Origin: Chrysomallon squamiferum
Taxonomy: Eukaryota > Animalia > Mollusca
DNA: 64,000 nt
Assembly (NCBI GenBank): GCA_012295275.1
Contig: CM022676.1
Coordinates: 12,462,001-12,526,000, forward strand
Direction: 5' to 3'
Under the pieces are notes generated by a model. The model worked only from the letters and a program-made list of their open reading frames with translations. It was not told where the DNA came from and did no database searches. A program made the position numbers and the translations under genes. Below are positions 1 to 13,460 of the stretch, in pieces (the stretch's first letter is position 1; every line of letters begins with the position of its first letter).

Positions 1-210
1 TAGTTTGTTGTTTTTGTACTGTAAGTGTTCTTATTACATTGTTCACTGTGTAATGTAAGTGTACTTATTAAATTGTTCAATGTGTACTGTAAGTATTCTT
101 ATTACATTGTTCATTGTGTACTGTACGTATTCTTAGAACATTGTTCACTGTGTTCTGTTAGTGTTCTTATTAGTTTGTTGTTTTTGTACTGTAAGTGTTC
201 TTATTATAAT
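1..210 (+). repeat. 3' end of the same 34-bp minisatellite in gene A
   Basis: Matches 33581-33790. Confidence 0.92.
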
Positions 211-349
211 TACTTACATTGTTGATTGTTTTGTATTGTTGTCCTTAAAATGTTAATGTTTAAACATTTGTTTTGTCTACTTTAGTAAATCAAGCATTGA
301 ACGAGTTATAATAATACTTATTGTTATACTTATTGAAATCCATTGATAG

Positions 350-634
350 ATCCACCATCAGTCCCAAGTTTAACTGCAAGTTCAAATTTTCCCTGGTTAG
401 AAAGAGAAAACAGAAATTTGACGTGCTCTGTGAGAGAGAGAGGAAATCCTCCAGCTGACTTTGTCTGGTATAAAAATGGAGTCAAACAGCCTGGACAAAG
501 AAAATCTATCTGGTTGTTCAGAAACCTGACTTACAAAGATAACAAACTAACATTCAGATGTGAGGCTCAAAATATTTTTACACTACACAAAAATGAAGTG
601 AAATCTTCACCTGATACAGCACTCAATGTTTTCT
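350..634 (+). CDS. Gene A Ig-domain exon (Ig6 equivalent)
   Basis: PPSVPSL..LTCSV..GNPPADFVWYK..LTFRCEAQN; tag/gtgagt boundaries; phase 1. Confidence 0.9.
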
Positions 635-1446
635 GTGAGTATTAAACATGATGCTTTGTTATTTTTATACTGTTTTATGATTTATTGAACTTTAATTTGA
701 AACCGACTAGTGTTTATTGCCATGAAAAGTCCAATAATCATAAACTGTTTAATTATTATTAAGAATTATTCTTTGTTTGCTAAAAATAATTTATAGTGTA
801 CGAGAAATCAAACTTAAAAACAAGTAAATAATGATTTAATTTACTACAGACAGTCCACGAGTAACTGTTGATACATCTGGACCAATCACAAAGCGAGAAG
901 GACAGGAGTTGGAGAAGATAGACTGTACTGCAGACAGCAATCCTCCAAACCCTACAATTACTTGGACATCAGATTCAAATAAACCATGGAAGGGTGGTCT
1001 CCCTTTAGAGATAGCAGTACTTGACAGAGGGCAGCACGGGACATATACGTGTAAAGCGACAGTCACTTCATCACTGGGAACACTGACAGGAACTTCACAA
1101 ATTGAAATTATAGTAAACTGTAAGTTTTTAAAACTCTTTTTAAATTATATTATTTTATTATTTTTTTTATAATACATTATTGCACATTAAATTTAAATTA
1201 GATCCACAAATCACAAATTGAAATTATAATAAAGCGTAATTTAAAAAAATAAAAATAAATTAATATTAAATTTATTTGTTGATTAGTTATCTCCCTGATT
1301 AGTTAGTGTCATTTTACATTTTTTTAAATATATTAATATTTTTTTTTTTTCTAAACTGGTGGATTATTGTATATTCAATTAGATTCATCAATTACAAACT
1401 GCAATTGTAGTAAAATATAAGAGGAATATTTCTTGTTCTCAATACA

Positions 1447-1483
<37 letters not shown>

Positions 1484-4400
1484 TAATAATAATAATAACA
1501 GTGTTCGTTCTGATTTCTCTAAGATGACTTTTTTAATGTTTTGTAATGTTAAACAGATGCTCCTGATGTTGAAGTGACAAGTCAGACAACAAGTGAAGGA
1601 CACAAACTGATTGTCACATGTGAGGCTTTTGGTCGACCAGACTCTTACACATTTCACGGTTTTCAACAGAGCTGGAGAGATCAGTTTGTGAGAAAGGTGG
1701 AAGGTACTAAAGAAGAAAGAAACAAATATGTGTGGACAGTGCAGTCTGCTAGTTACAAAGATTCTGGTACATATCAGTGTCTGGTAGACAATACAATCAC
1801 AGACACAAACAACACGTTGATTCAAAGCAACACAACTTTAGTACTTGTCAGTGGTGAGTTATTTTATTGTATATTTTGTAAATTATGTTAAGAGTTAAAA
1901 TAGTATTCAAATCAGTGTATCACTTTATTTCTAAACATATATTTTGTATATACGACAAAAATAACATCACTAAGAATCATTTTCTTTCATTGTAAGCTTT
2001 AACATTCTTGATTAGTTTTTTGATAATCAATTACATTTGTGACATAGAGAAAAAGTGAGCCAGTTGATTTATTTAGGTACAATCCATTTAAATATATGTG
2101 GATCCTGTGTGGATTTGTCTTGATAGTGAGCCATGTTTGGTAATAGAAATAATGCAAAGTATTGTCTAAATCAGGGGTGGCAATTGTTTTTTCCGTGGGA
2201 CCACATGAGAAACAGAGAATATTGTGGAGGGCCGGGCCAAAAGGCTTAACTCAGTTCTGCATAATATTAATTGTATTTCTTTATAAACCCAGTAAATAGC
2301 ATTGTTTTGACAAGCTGGTAAGACTGGTAAGAGTATATGTTATGATTAAACAACAAAAAAAGTGAGGTTGCCTTAGAAAAAAATGTCATTTATTCAATTA
2401 TATTTCTCAAAACAATGGTCCCAAAAATTTGAACATTTTTAACATTTGTGACTCATTATATTTCACCTCATAATGCCAACTCAAACTGTAATCCTTAAAG
2501 ACAGCGATCTGCTCTCTGCAAACTAAACTCATGGCTTTACCTCCGACTTCAGTAAATAGATACTTTTTAATTGTAAACCCTGCATTCAGCATCTACCTTT
2601 CTCTTTTTTAGCATGAGTGGACATTTTGAGGGCTAAAGTCGTATTGGGACTTGCTTGTGAAAACGATTCAGTCACATGCACGTCTTGATTTACATATTGT
2701 GTCATTTTGTACATGAATAAAAATCCACCTTCAAAATAAAAGTAATGCTGCTTTAGTCCATGCATGAGGTGAAATTAGAAAATATGTTTATTTTATAATT
2801 CCCAATTAACTTTACATGGGCACATCAGTCAAAATGCCCAGGTCTGGTCTAAATGTTAATCAAGACTGGTTACTTTGATTTCAGATTATTCTTTACATAT
2901 ATTAGAAATAACAAGTTAAAAGCAGAAAAAGGTTTTATTTACATCACTTATAAAAAATGCGAGCTAGCTGATTTAGTTAGCTTCAAACCATTTTAATATA
3001 CACAGATCCACATAGGAAAACAAATTCCATTGTCTTGATAGCCAGCTATGTTTGGAAATAGAAATAACACAAAGTAGTGTCTAAATGTTAACCATGACTG
3101 GTTACTATGACTAAATATCCTTCTTTACATACATTAGAAATAACAAATCAAAAATAGAAAAAAGTTTCATTGAAATTACACACAAATATTGTTGGAATTA
3201 TGAGGTTGATGATGATGATGATGTTTGCAGGAAAACCAGTGATCACACTGGAGAGCAAGAGAGATGAAACAATTGGAGAAGAAACAAGCACACAAGTCAC
3301 GTTGTACAAAACAGTGTTTTCTCAAAGTGTAATTACGTCACACAAGTGGATGAAGAACAGTGACGTCATTAATGACACCAGAATAAAAACTGAAATGACT
3401 AAAACACAAATAACTCTGAGTTTGTTTGAAAATGTTGTTGTTCATGATGACGGCTACAACTTTACACTGGACATCAACATGTTTGAAGAGTCAGACACTG
3501 GACAGTACACACTTGAAGTGTGTAATAATTTCACTTGTGACATTTTCTCAACTCATCTGACAGCAGCAGGTTTGTACTGTTTTTATTTCTGATGATTTTG
3601 TTAAAGTTTATTTCATTATGATAGTAATTGGATGACAATGTCTTTAAGTCACCTCACATATTTTATTCTGGATGTTGTGAAATCAAAATTAAAATCTTAT
3701 GGGAATGTCTAAATCACTTTATCCCATGAGAGAAAGCATGCAGTGCGTCCAGTGCTGTCTGTATCTGATGAATGGCAGTGTTTCCAGACCAGCATGTATC
3801 ACAGAAGGGCAGTCCACTGTTTATATCAGATGTCCTTACAATAAACACATCCAGTAAAAAGAGGTGATTATGTACACAATATCAAAACATATATTAAAGC
3901 CAAGAAACAACAACTCACCGTTATATTTATGCCTGAGAACTGTTTAGGCAAAAAGTGTAAAAATAAAATGTTTAATATGAATTTGTAAACAAGATAATTT
4001 TCTTTGATGGAAATTCTGAAAAAGATTGTAAAATATAAAGTCAAATGTTTGTATGTAATTTTTTATTTATTTTTATCTTAGGACCTCCTTACGTGCCAAG
4101 GTCATTCTCAGCTTTTGGTTCTACAACTGACACTGTATTTCTGAAGTGGACAGCAGATTTTGCTGGAGGTCCATACACTCAGAGATTTTTAGTGGAATAC
4201 AGAGACACAGATACAAAGTCTGACTGGAAACAACAGTGGTACAATGAACATGCTGAAAGAGATGAAGTTGTTTTTATGAACATCACAGGATTAAACTCAG
4301 GACATAAATATGTGTTCAGAGTTTTAGCTGAGAATTCAAGATTGCACAGAAACCGCAGTCCATTTACATCTGAAGTAACCATAGAGACTAAAGGTAACTT

Positions 4401-5591
4401 TCGTGTTCATTGCGGTTGCATATATATTTTTAAAGAAGAATAATGACAACAATTTTGGTTATTGTAAATATTTATCATTTGGAATCGTCACAATGGCAAT
4501 ACATGTTATTGCAATATTATAAACTACTAATTGTTTTAAAATTAAAAAGTCATAATATCATATTATAACTTTTTCTTTCCTTCTTTTTTATTCTTTTTAA
4601 TGAAATTAAAGATTTTTAATTATTAATTGTAAATATGTAAATAGAAAAAATGTTAACATACTTAACTGATTTCATTAGTCTGAATTATTTACTATTATTT
4701 TTCTCTTTTCCAATTTGAATTTAAAGTAGCCATAAAACTGGAGAACTTCATGTTAAATCCAGTTACTATTTTAAGCATGAAATCTGAAATTTTAGGAAAA
4801 TGCAGTATGAAATAGGCAACATCAAAATTCTGAATATTAAAATGTTGTTGTACACAATAAATTGTATAGCACATTATAAATGAAAAAAAAAAACACTTAC
4901 ATAAGAAAAAACAAATATGTGTGATTATCACATTAAGAAATAACATTCCATTTAGTACAACAAGATGAATAAGAAAATGGTTTATGATTGAAATGTTTAC
5001 CGTAATTAAGATTCATTGAATTGCTGCAAATGCAGTTTTAAAGATACATATGCACGCATACAGGAACAAGAATAAGATCAAGAATTTGAAAAATTATTAA
5101 TTGATATGAGCAAAAAAATGAAATAAATAAAAATAGTACCGAAAACAAACACAAACAACAAGGATTAATGTTCATTACATCAAACTGGTACATATATAAT
5201 ATGTGACATATTTGTTAATGTATTTTTAAGGACTTTTTTGATAACAGAAGACAAAATTCCATCTGATTATCGTATTCCTTAAACAGGCAATATTTTGGAA
5301 AATATAAGTAGAAATTGTAATTTCTAAATTTCTTTAATACCTCATGTTTATTCATTCATATTTTTTCTAGTTTAACTAAATAAACATAGATATTATATTT
5401 ATAATGAACCAGTAATTAAAACTATTATTATTATATATTATATCAAATAAAATGGTTTTTTGTCATTTTTAAATTCAATATGTACACATAATTTAAACGA
5501 AAAAGCAATGTATTTCAATATCTAATTATAAATGGGTTCTAACTTATTTTGCAGTATTCTGTTTCTGCACACAATGTAAAATAATAATAAC

Positions 5592-5622
<31 letters not shown>

Positions 5623-6953
5623 CCCCCCCGCCAAATCTTAAATGATCAAGTTTAATTCAGTTTAATATCATCTATGTGTCTAAAAATATTTAGCTAGCAG
5701 ACACAAAATTCTATGTTACCAATATTGATTTGCATGCAGTTGGTGTGAAGACCTCATCAGAGGTTAGCAGTGGTGCTTGGATTGCTGTTGGCTTTGTGAC
5801 TGGTCTTGTTGTAACACTTCTAGTTGTGACAATGTGCTTTATTGTTTTGCTGCGTCACGGTTACCTGAGTCTGTCATCAAAACGAGGTGAATTATAAACT
5901 TTGATAATCAACTAGAGGTAGCCTAATATGTGATCTGAATGAGATTCATATGATTTACATAATCATAAGTTTTCATGATTCCAAAAAATCAGAAGTAAAC
6001 GAATCAGGATAAACTGAGCTATAGTGGTCACCTACAGTATAATTTCAAACCTGTTTTTTTTTCAAGTAAATCACTGAATTCTCTAGCAGTGAATTGAGTA
6101 ATAGTGTCATTTCTGAAACGTATATTATACTTGTTTATAATTTCTTTTGACAGTATTATTATTTAAACCTTGTTTCCAATATAATTATAGTCCATAAATA
6201 AATTAATAAACAATTTTCTCTGCAATATTTGTTTTTTTCGTTTTCAGAAAATCAGAAGAATCATATCAATGTGTAAGTACATACAACATTTTTTTCACTT
6301 AATGCTCAACCGACATATAAACATGCAGCACACTATGTATAAAATCTTATAAAATACTTGTTTTTCTAATTCACGGGTTCGTCATTACTTGTGAGTATAA
6401 TAATCTTGTGGGAGAGAAAACTAAAAAAAATATTTTTTATTTTTTATTACAGATATGAAAATGTATCATTAGAAGCTACAAGCCAGGACGTCAGCAATGG
6501 TAACTTTTTAAATCTTTTATGTATGTATTTATGTATGTATGTATGTATGTATATCTATCTATATATGTGTATGTGTGTGTGTATAAATCTTTATGTGTAT
6601 ATATGTGTATGTGTGTGTGTATCTATGTGTATGTATATATATATCTATATATATCTATATTTATAGTATTGAGCTGAGTTCAGTATCTTAATTCAGAACA
6701 CAGTTGAATTCTGTCAATTATTAAAACACATAAATACCTGAAAATATTTAAATATGTTATTTAGTCACTGTGAAAAATACTCTGTATAATATTATATCTA
6801 ATAACAGAGTGATAAGAAATTACACAGCTGTAATTACTTGTAATTATTAGATCCCGGTACTTATTAACCAGTAATTTGTATAATAATAAATGTATATAAA
6901 ATAAGAAAAAGGAAGGAAACACTAACTCACTGCTTCGTTGATGTATTTATTTT

Positions 6954-6986
<33 letters not shown>

Positions 6987-7200
6987 GTAATAATAGTAAT
7001 AATAGTAATAATAGTAGTATGGTAGTAATAACGTTAATTTACAAGAAAATTTATATTTTGATTATGTCTGATTAATTGATACACTTGTTGCAGAACCGAT
7101 TTCAAACTCTGATAACACAAGAAACACTTATGAAGGCTTGGGATCTCCAGAGTCAGCACCATATTCTAAACTAGAACTTTATGAAAATTACAAGAACTGA
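350..7200 (+). CDS. Gene A: 3' part of nephrin-like Ig/FN3 transmembrane receptor with cytoplasmic ITAM (spliced, 5' exons outside window)
   Basis: Exons 350-634, 850-1119, 1557-1853, 3231-3569 (Ig), 4082-4393 (FN3), 5740-5886 (TM), 6248-6272, 6453-6499, 7094-7200 (stop TGA). All are AG/GT-bounded with compatible phases, giving one continuous frame. Confidence 0.88.
850..1119 (+). CDS. Gene A Ig-domain exon (Ig7 equivalent)
   Basis: IDCTADSNPPNPTITWT..GTYTCKAT; cag/gtaagt boundaries. Confidence 0.9.
1557..1853 (+). CDS. Gene A Ig-domain exon (Ig8 equivalent)
   Basis: VTCEAFGRP..DSGTYQCLVDN; cag/gtgagt boundaries. Confidence 0.9.
2172..2846 (-). mobile_element. Non-autonomous hAT (SPIN/Charlie/GTF2IRD2-like) DNA transposon in gene A intron
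   Basis: 8-bp TSD GTCTAAAT at 2164-2171 and 2847-2854; imperfect TIRs CAGGGGTGGCAA / CAGACCTGGGCA; minus strand encodes a frameshifted transposase N-terminus (AKKRKVDAECRV..YLFTEVGGKAMSLVCREQIAVFKDY). Confidence 0.85.
3231..3569 (+). CDS. Gene A membrane-proximal Ig-domain exon (Ig9 equivalent)
   Basis: GKPVITL..HKWMKN..FTLDI..ESDTGQYTLEVCN; cag/gtttgt boundaries. Confidence 0.9.
4082..4393 (+). CDS. Gene A fibronectin type III exon
   Basis: GPPYVPRSF..VFLKW..FLVEYR..ITGLNSGHKYVFRVLAEN, a typical FN3 pattern; 312 nt. Confidence 0.92.
5740..5886 (+). CDS. Gene A transmembrane exon
   Basis: VGVKTSSEVSSGAWIAVGFVTGLVVTLLVVTMCFIVLLRHGYLSLSSKR; cag/gtgaat boundaries; phase 1-1. Confidence 0.85.
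6248..6272 (+). CDS. Gene A juxtamembrane micro-exon (25 nt)
   Basis: ttttcag|..|gtaagt; ENQKNHINV; phase 1 to 2, the same pattern as the 22-nt exons of genes B and C. Confidence 0.75.
6453..6499 (+). CDS. Gene A cytoplasmic exon (47 nt, YENV motif)
   Basis: tacag|A TAT GAA AAT GTA..G|gtaact; phase 2 to 1; same length as gene C exon 60230-60276. Confidence 0.78.
7094..7200 (+). CDS. Gene A terminal exon with ITAM
   Basis: EPISNSDNTRNTYEGLGSPESAPYSKLELYENYKN*; YxxL-x7-YxxL. Confidence 0.85.
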
Positions 7201-8543
7201 AGTATTATTTATAAATATAGTACTAATCATGCCTATAATTCAAAAAGAGTGGATGGACTGAGAAAGTTCAACATTGCCATCACGTAATGAACTTATTACC
7301 AAAAGTTTGCAAACATGGAATGTAATTCTAATAGAATTTTTATTGGGGAAAATGTGTGAAAGCCAAAACCTCCAAAATATTACATATTAAAGCATATTGA
7401 AACTACAAATAGCTTTAAAAGTCACGTGAACAAAAAGTATGACGAGAATACATGTTGTAAATCTGTTAACTTACAGTGCAGACAGCAGACACATTGAAAG
7501 TCAAACTTACTGACCAGATTAAATGGAAATTTACCAGTTTTATTAAAATTTTATTTATTTCTAATGTCCGCAGTCTAATCAGTGAGACGGAAACTATCGT
7601 GCAGAATGTGTTTGTTGTTGTTAATGTACACACAGTTAACGCGGTCAGAGGCAACTAACAATTACAGACGTAGATAGATCCTTATATATATATATATAAT
7701 TTAATGCTTCTGTATGCATTATTAATTATTAGATTATTTACACTTTAGTGATTTAGTTAAACATTTTATCGTTTGTCACCAGATTTTGTTAAACATATGT
7801 ACAATAATGAAATTGTTTGCCATCAATTTCTTTTTCGCATAATTATTCATCACACAATATGACTGATTATGGGCAAGAACAATACTGTACTTATTTTGAA
7901 CAAATGGCTTAAATACACATTCCGTTATAATAAAATTGAGAAGTATATTAAAATAGTTTACTTATGAATGATTACTAGGACAGATGATCTGAATAATGAA
8001 TTTAGTTTGTTCCATTTTGTGTGTATGTGCGTGAGAAAACCCTTCACATGATCTAATAAAGTTAATTCCGGTTTTTCACAGTACTGAAAGCTACAGATAG
8101 TAGCAATTTAAATCAGTTTTAAATATCTAAAAATACCATTTAGAAAAGAAGATATGACACTTTTAGGATAAAACTATGCAGAAAACGTAAACTGAGAAAA
8201 CTTGATAATGGAACATAACATAAAATAATCCATTAACTAAGGCCTCTAAAGTCTTTTCACCTGGTAAAATCTTCATATTTATTGCTGCAAACAGTGAGTA
8301 ATCTTCAGTGGCAGACAATTATACCATCTAACATCAAACAAAACAAACATCTCTTGGGTATTTAACTGTTTCATTCTTATCTAGGGAACAATATTAAGTG
8401 ACGAATTTTGATACAGTTACAAATGTTAGTAGTTTCTGTGACACTGCAAACGATTGATAAGCTTGCTGGTTTTGAACAATGCGCAACAACATTGTAAACA
8501 ATGTGTTTATGCGCTACAGTGATATGCAACATGTCCAAAAAAC

Positions 8544-8655
8544 GCTAGTTACAAAGATTCTGGTACATATCAGTGTCTGGCAGACAATATAATCAAAGAC
8601 ACAAACAACATGTTGATTCAAAGCAACAAAACTTTAGTAGTTCTCAATGGTGAGT
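8544..8655 (+). pseudogene. Orphan fragment of the Ig8 exon (3' part plus splice donor)
   Basis: GCTAGTTACAAAGATTCTGGTACATATCAGTGTCTGG..CAAAGCAACAAAACTTTAGTAG..G|gtgagt is a diverged copy of about 1748-1859; the 5' part of the exon and its acceptor are missing. Confidence 0.85.
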
Positions 8656-11348
8656 GACTTATTGAAAATTTGTATTTTTAGTATTTATGTCAACTTAACT
8701 GTAAAATCTCATTTCATGCTTTTGTTTGACAAAGTTATCATTGAACATCATTGCTTCATTACCAGGGGTCGTTTTGTTTTAACTAGCGTCTATCATGACT
8801 TCAGCATACACTAAGTAATTATAAACTGAAGTGAGTGGTAAATCTCTAGAATTATCTTTATTCCATTCGTGCAATACTCTTGATAATGTCGAACTCTCAA
8901 TTATAGTGTGTACCATTATTGTTGAATTAGAAGAGCAAAATCCCATATCACTTCTGTGATTCTTCATTAAAAATGTGTCCCTTCCATCATCGATGAAAGT
9001 ATGGTGCAGAGACTTCTATCCTCATACACTGGTTGCAAAACAGTTCCGAGAAGACTTCTCCATTTTTCAAAATATTGTTGTGTTTTACATATCATTTTGA
9101 AAGAAAATTAAATGCAGAATTAATCTTTACAAACATCTCAGTTCTGAGTTTTACCCATGTGTGTGCATTAGCGAGAGCTGCTCACATTTGTTCTCCTTGT
9201 AAACTCTTTTTTTTCCATGTAATTTTTTTTCTTCTGTGATATCTAGTGTGTTTTTTAAGTTGTTATTGAAAATTACTAAGAACTAATAGTGTATATTTAG
9301 ATAATATGTACTGAGTTAAAAAAAAGAGAGAAAAAAGTGTGTGAATAATGCAATGTTCTCATGTTGGCTTTTATACCAAAATATCAGCGAATGTCAAATA
9401 ATTATCAAAGTGTAATCTATGCGATTCAAACTGTGGAAAATTAGGTGTTTCCCCGGTATGTGTCCAACCAATCAGCCTCTCTATGCTTGTCATAGTAACT
9501 AGGAAGTTCATATCTCTTTGTTTGCCTCATAAGGTGACCTGAATTTTTGTTTTATAATGTTTTTTGTTTTCCCACTTATCTCTCTCTCTGACCCCCCCCA
9601 CCCGGCCTCTTTCTATTTCTTTTTGAAGCATACCTCTTCATTTAATCATGCCTTGTCATCTTTGTTTTAAAAAATAATTATTTTGTCAAGTGGTGCATTG
9701 TTTACAATATTGTTCCCATTTTACAAAACAAACAAAAAAAAATTAAAAATTAAAATACTTGCCATACTGAATAGTAGATAGTAATCCCATCTCAACATGA
9801 TTTGTTGTGAGACAATATGACAAAAATAAAATTATGTTTCTTAACTCTTGACTTATTTTGTATTTATATTTATTATTGTTGTTTTCTTTTTAAAGTCGTG
9901 ACATACTATTAATTTAACAGTTAAGTTTATTTTGCTAATAGCCTTTACCTAAGATATCAGACTAGTAAGTTTTACGAGGCACCAAACGTTCGACAGAAAC
10001 AATATTTCATTCTCTCAGTTCATGAGAAACAGAAGTTTGATGTTGTGAAAATATGACAGGCCACATAGACGATATATACTATCAAGCCACCGTTATTTTC
10101 TTATATATATTTTTCTGTGAGTCATAATGTTGGACTGAATAACCAATTTTCAATTGTAGTCAATGGCCCAAGGGTGGTTTATTAAAGGATGCCGTATGTT
10201 CATCCTGTCTGGGAAAAGACAATAGTGAAATCTGCGTTGTTTTTAATCAAATAAAATATTTTAGTCGTCACCACATTTCCTCTGTCAGTCTGAAACTTAA
10301 CAGCACAAGATGACTGACAGAAACTGGTAAAATAAAACATTTCTTCTTTTTAACATGTGAACTGTCGTCTGCTGCGTTATCAGCCAAGACTACAAAACTT
10401 GTGTTACTGCTATTACTAATACCAAAAATTGATTTGGTATTGATTTGTGTGGGCTTAGTGATATAAATATATATTTATGTCATATGCAACAATTCTGTGA
10501 AGTCATATAGTTTGAATAGAGAGATGTGCTATTTTAAAACGTGACCAACAAAATTAGTCACGGTATTATTATTAATGGATTATATTCTACACTCTGTTGA
10601 CAAGTTTTTATTCGTACTGAATTGCGTTATTTGAAGTAATTGTTATACAAAATACAGCAGTAAGTAATACTGCATTCTGGAGGTAGTCTCTTACTTTTCA
10701 CTATACTATTTAACTATATAACGTGCAGCAGTCAGTGCTTGAAGCTTTTCTGTCTAATATTTTCAAAAGCCTTCAATTTGCAATTATACTCATGTCACAC
10801 TAAACTCATGGGAACATACTTTAATAGTGGTGGGTAACACAGCTGGGGGGAGTTGCTGTATGTTCCATATAATCTCCACTAGCTTCCTGACATAATTTCC
10901 AGTTATAATTTTATTTCAGTAATTACTTTTGTTAACGTTTTGTATGCACAATTATGTATGCATAGGGTTTTTCAATCTTTTAAAATAATATGAATTAATA
11001 CATCTACTTATCTATCTATACATAAATACTTATAAAGCACACATGCAAACACTCATACATATACACATATGCATTTAAGCATACATATACAAACACACAC
11101 ATATACGTACAGAAGCATATTTGCATAGATCTATGTATGTGAATAACACACAGACACAACCAGCACCATGTCATACACAAACATACAAACACACAGACAT
11201 ATATAGAATTGCCGTTGATAGTGACTTGCACAAGGAAACTTACTGTATTGTCGTTCCTGGTTATACAATTACCAATAGTGTTACAATGAATATGACAAAG
11301 CAATGTTTTATTTTTAGTTCAGTTTCTACTTCTTTATAAAAAAATATT

Positions 11349-11460
<112 letters not shown>

Positions 11461-12486
11461 CACACAATTAACTGGTCTTTAAAACAGTAAACTAAACAAC
11501 TGTACTGATGATATCTGCTTCTTTCCTTTGACAGAAACAATCTTCGTGAAATCAATAACGTGTCCTTTAAGTTGAATGCTGTAATCAATATATACACTTA
11601 GCCTGAACTTTATCATATGCCATTATTACTTCTGGTTACCTGGAAAATTCAAACATTCATGAAAAATGTAACACTTTTTTCTTTTCTTAACACACATACA
11701 CACACACACATCATACACACTCACACATACCTTTTTAATAAGAACAGAAAAATATATCATTAATAAATTTTATTATGAAAATAAGTTTCCATGTGTAAGT
11801 ATTGTAGCAGTCATTTAACTAATAACCAAATCACAGGTATAATAGGACTATAAAGATGTAATATGGCACATATTTTAATCACAGAGACAGTGGAATCGGG
11901 AAATGAAGCAAATTTTTACTTTAAAGTTCACGTTTGCTTTTATGTATTCATAAAATACATTAATAAATTCTGAAATTAAAATATTGTACTACCTATATAA
12001 AAAAATGCGAATTTTTGTAAATACATCAGCATTATGTATAGTAAATACCATTACATAATATATGTGTTTCCATGGTCTCTGTTAGAATATTATATATATA
12101 ATTTATTCTAAAAAATTTAAATAAATACTGTGATTGTAAAAATGGATATGGATAAAACAATAATAAGAAAAGAACAACTAATCAGATATAAAATGTGTCT
12201 CTTTTATACTTATATAAAACAGAACAATATTAAATGCAATTACAGATTTTAGATTATGAATTTAAAACATTTAAAAAGTAGATAATGTTTATACAAAAAG
12301 TAAATAAAATAAATAAAATTGATATTATTTACCAGTATTAATGAATTCAGTGTAAATACGTAATTTAAAAAAAAAAAAAAAGCTTATAAAATAGCCAAAG
12401 TTAGAAATGTAAATTAATGCACATATACTCTTCAGATCCAGTAAAAAAATTGAAAATATAATTTACATAAATTATTATAATATGCA

Positions 12487-12560
<74 letters not shown>

Positions 12561-12583
12561 TAATAATAATAATAATAATAATA
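12487..12583. repeat. (AAT)n microsatellite
   Basis: Direct inspection; explains the poly-Y and poly-L ORFs. Confidence 0.95.
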
Positions 12584-13352
12584 AAAACTTGTAAAAGAGG
12601 AAACCAACTAAAAACATAAAATAAAATAAAATAAAAAACCAAATAGCATTAAAACATAATTTTTTTACATAACAAATGTAAAATTGGAATTAAACACAGA
12701 ATTTCAACAAAAAAATGAATAAATAAATAAATAAATAAATAAAAAGGAAAGACACAAACGAAACAAATGATCTACAAAGACAATGCAATTCATAAAATGG
12801 TATAAAATGCTGTAGTTTGCTCTGGAACTGAGATTGATGTAACTTGCTTTGTATAATGACTTCTGGACTTCAAACATTTACTACAGATCTAAATAACATG
12901 CACTAGATTTGGATAATATATAGTGTAAGTGTACATATAGACACAAGACTCAGTCTGAATAAAATCTAGATACAATTCAGTAATGTAATGTAGATGTAAA
13001 AGTATTTCTACACATGACAGATATTTTCTAGATTTAATTGTATTTTACTTTTTAATGTAATCAATAAATGTAAATTAATTTCTATATTTGAGCAATACCT
13101 TCTAGATATGAATATTATTTAGATTTCTATAATATTTTCTAAATCTGTTATAAATGAGAAAAATGTGTTCTAAAAATGTAACATAACATGAAAAATGTAT
13201 GTATTTGTAAAACATTCCTCTATTTTAGAATTAACTGAACATAAATACTGTGTAATATAAAATAGGTAATGTATCACAGATAAGAGTAGTGCATGTAAAT
13301 CTTAAAAATACACATACAGACAAATATAAACACATGCACATAATAATTCAAA

Positions 13353-13460
<108 letters not shown>

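Noticed and set aside
836-1825. Minus-strand ORFs 836-1066 and 1439-1825 (and copies at 34416 and 34972)
   Set aside because: Antisense shadows of real Ig exons.
10140-10350. Possible decayed gastropod-type SINE
   Set aside because: Resemblance is from memory only and too degraded to support without a repeat-library search.
10818-10890. Possible minus-strand exon (cag..gtatgt)
   Set aside because: One frame has a stop, the other has no recognisable homology, and no partner exons were found.
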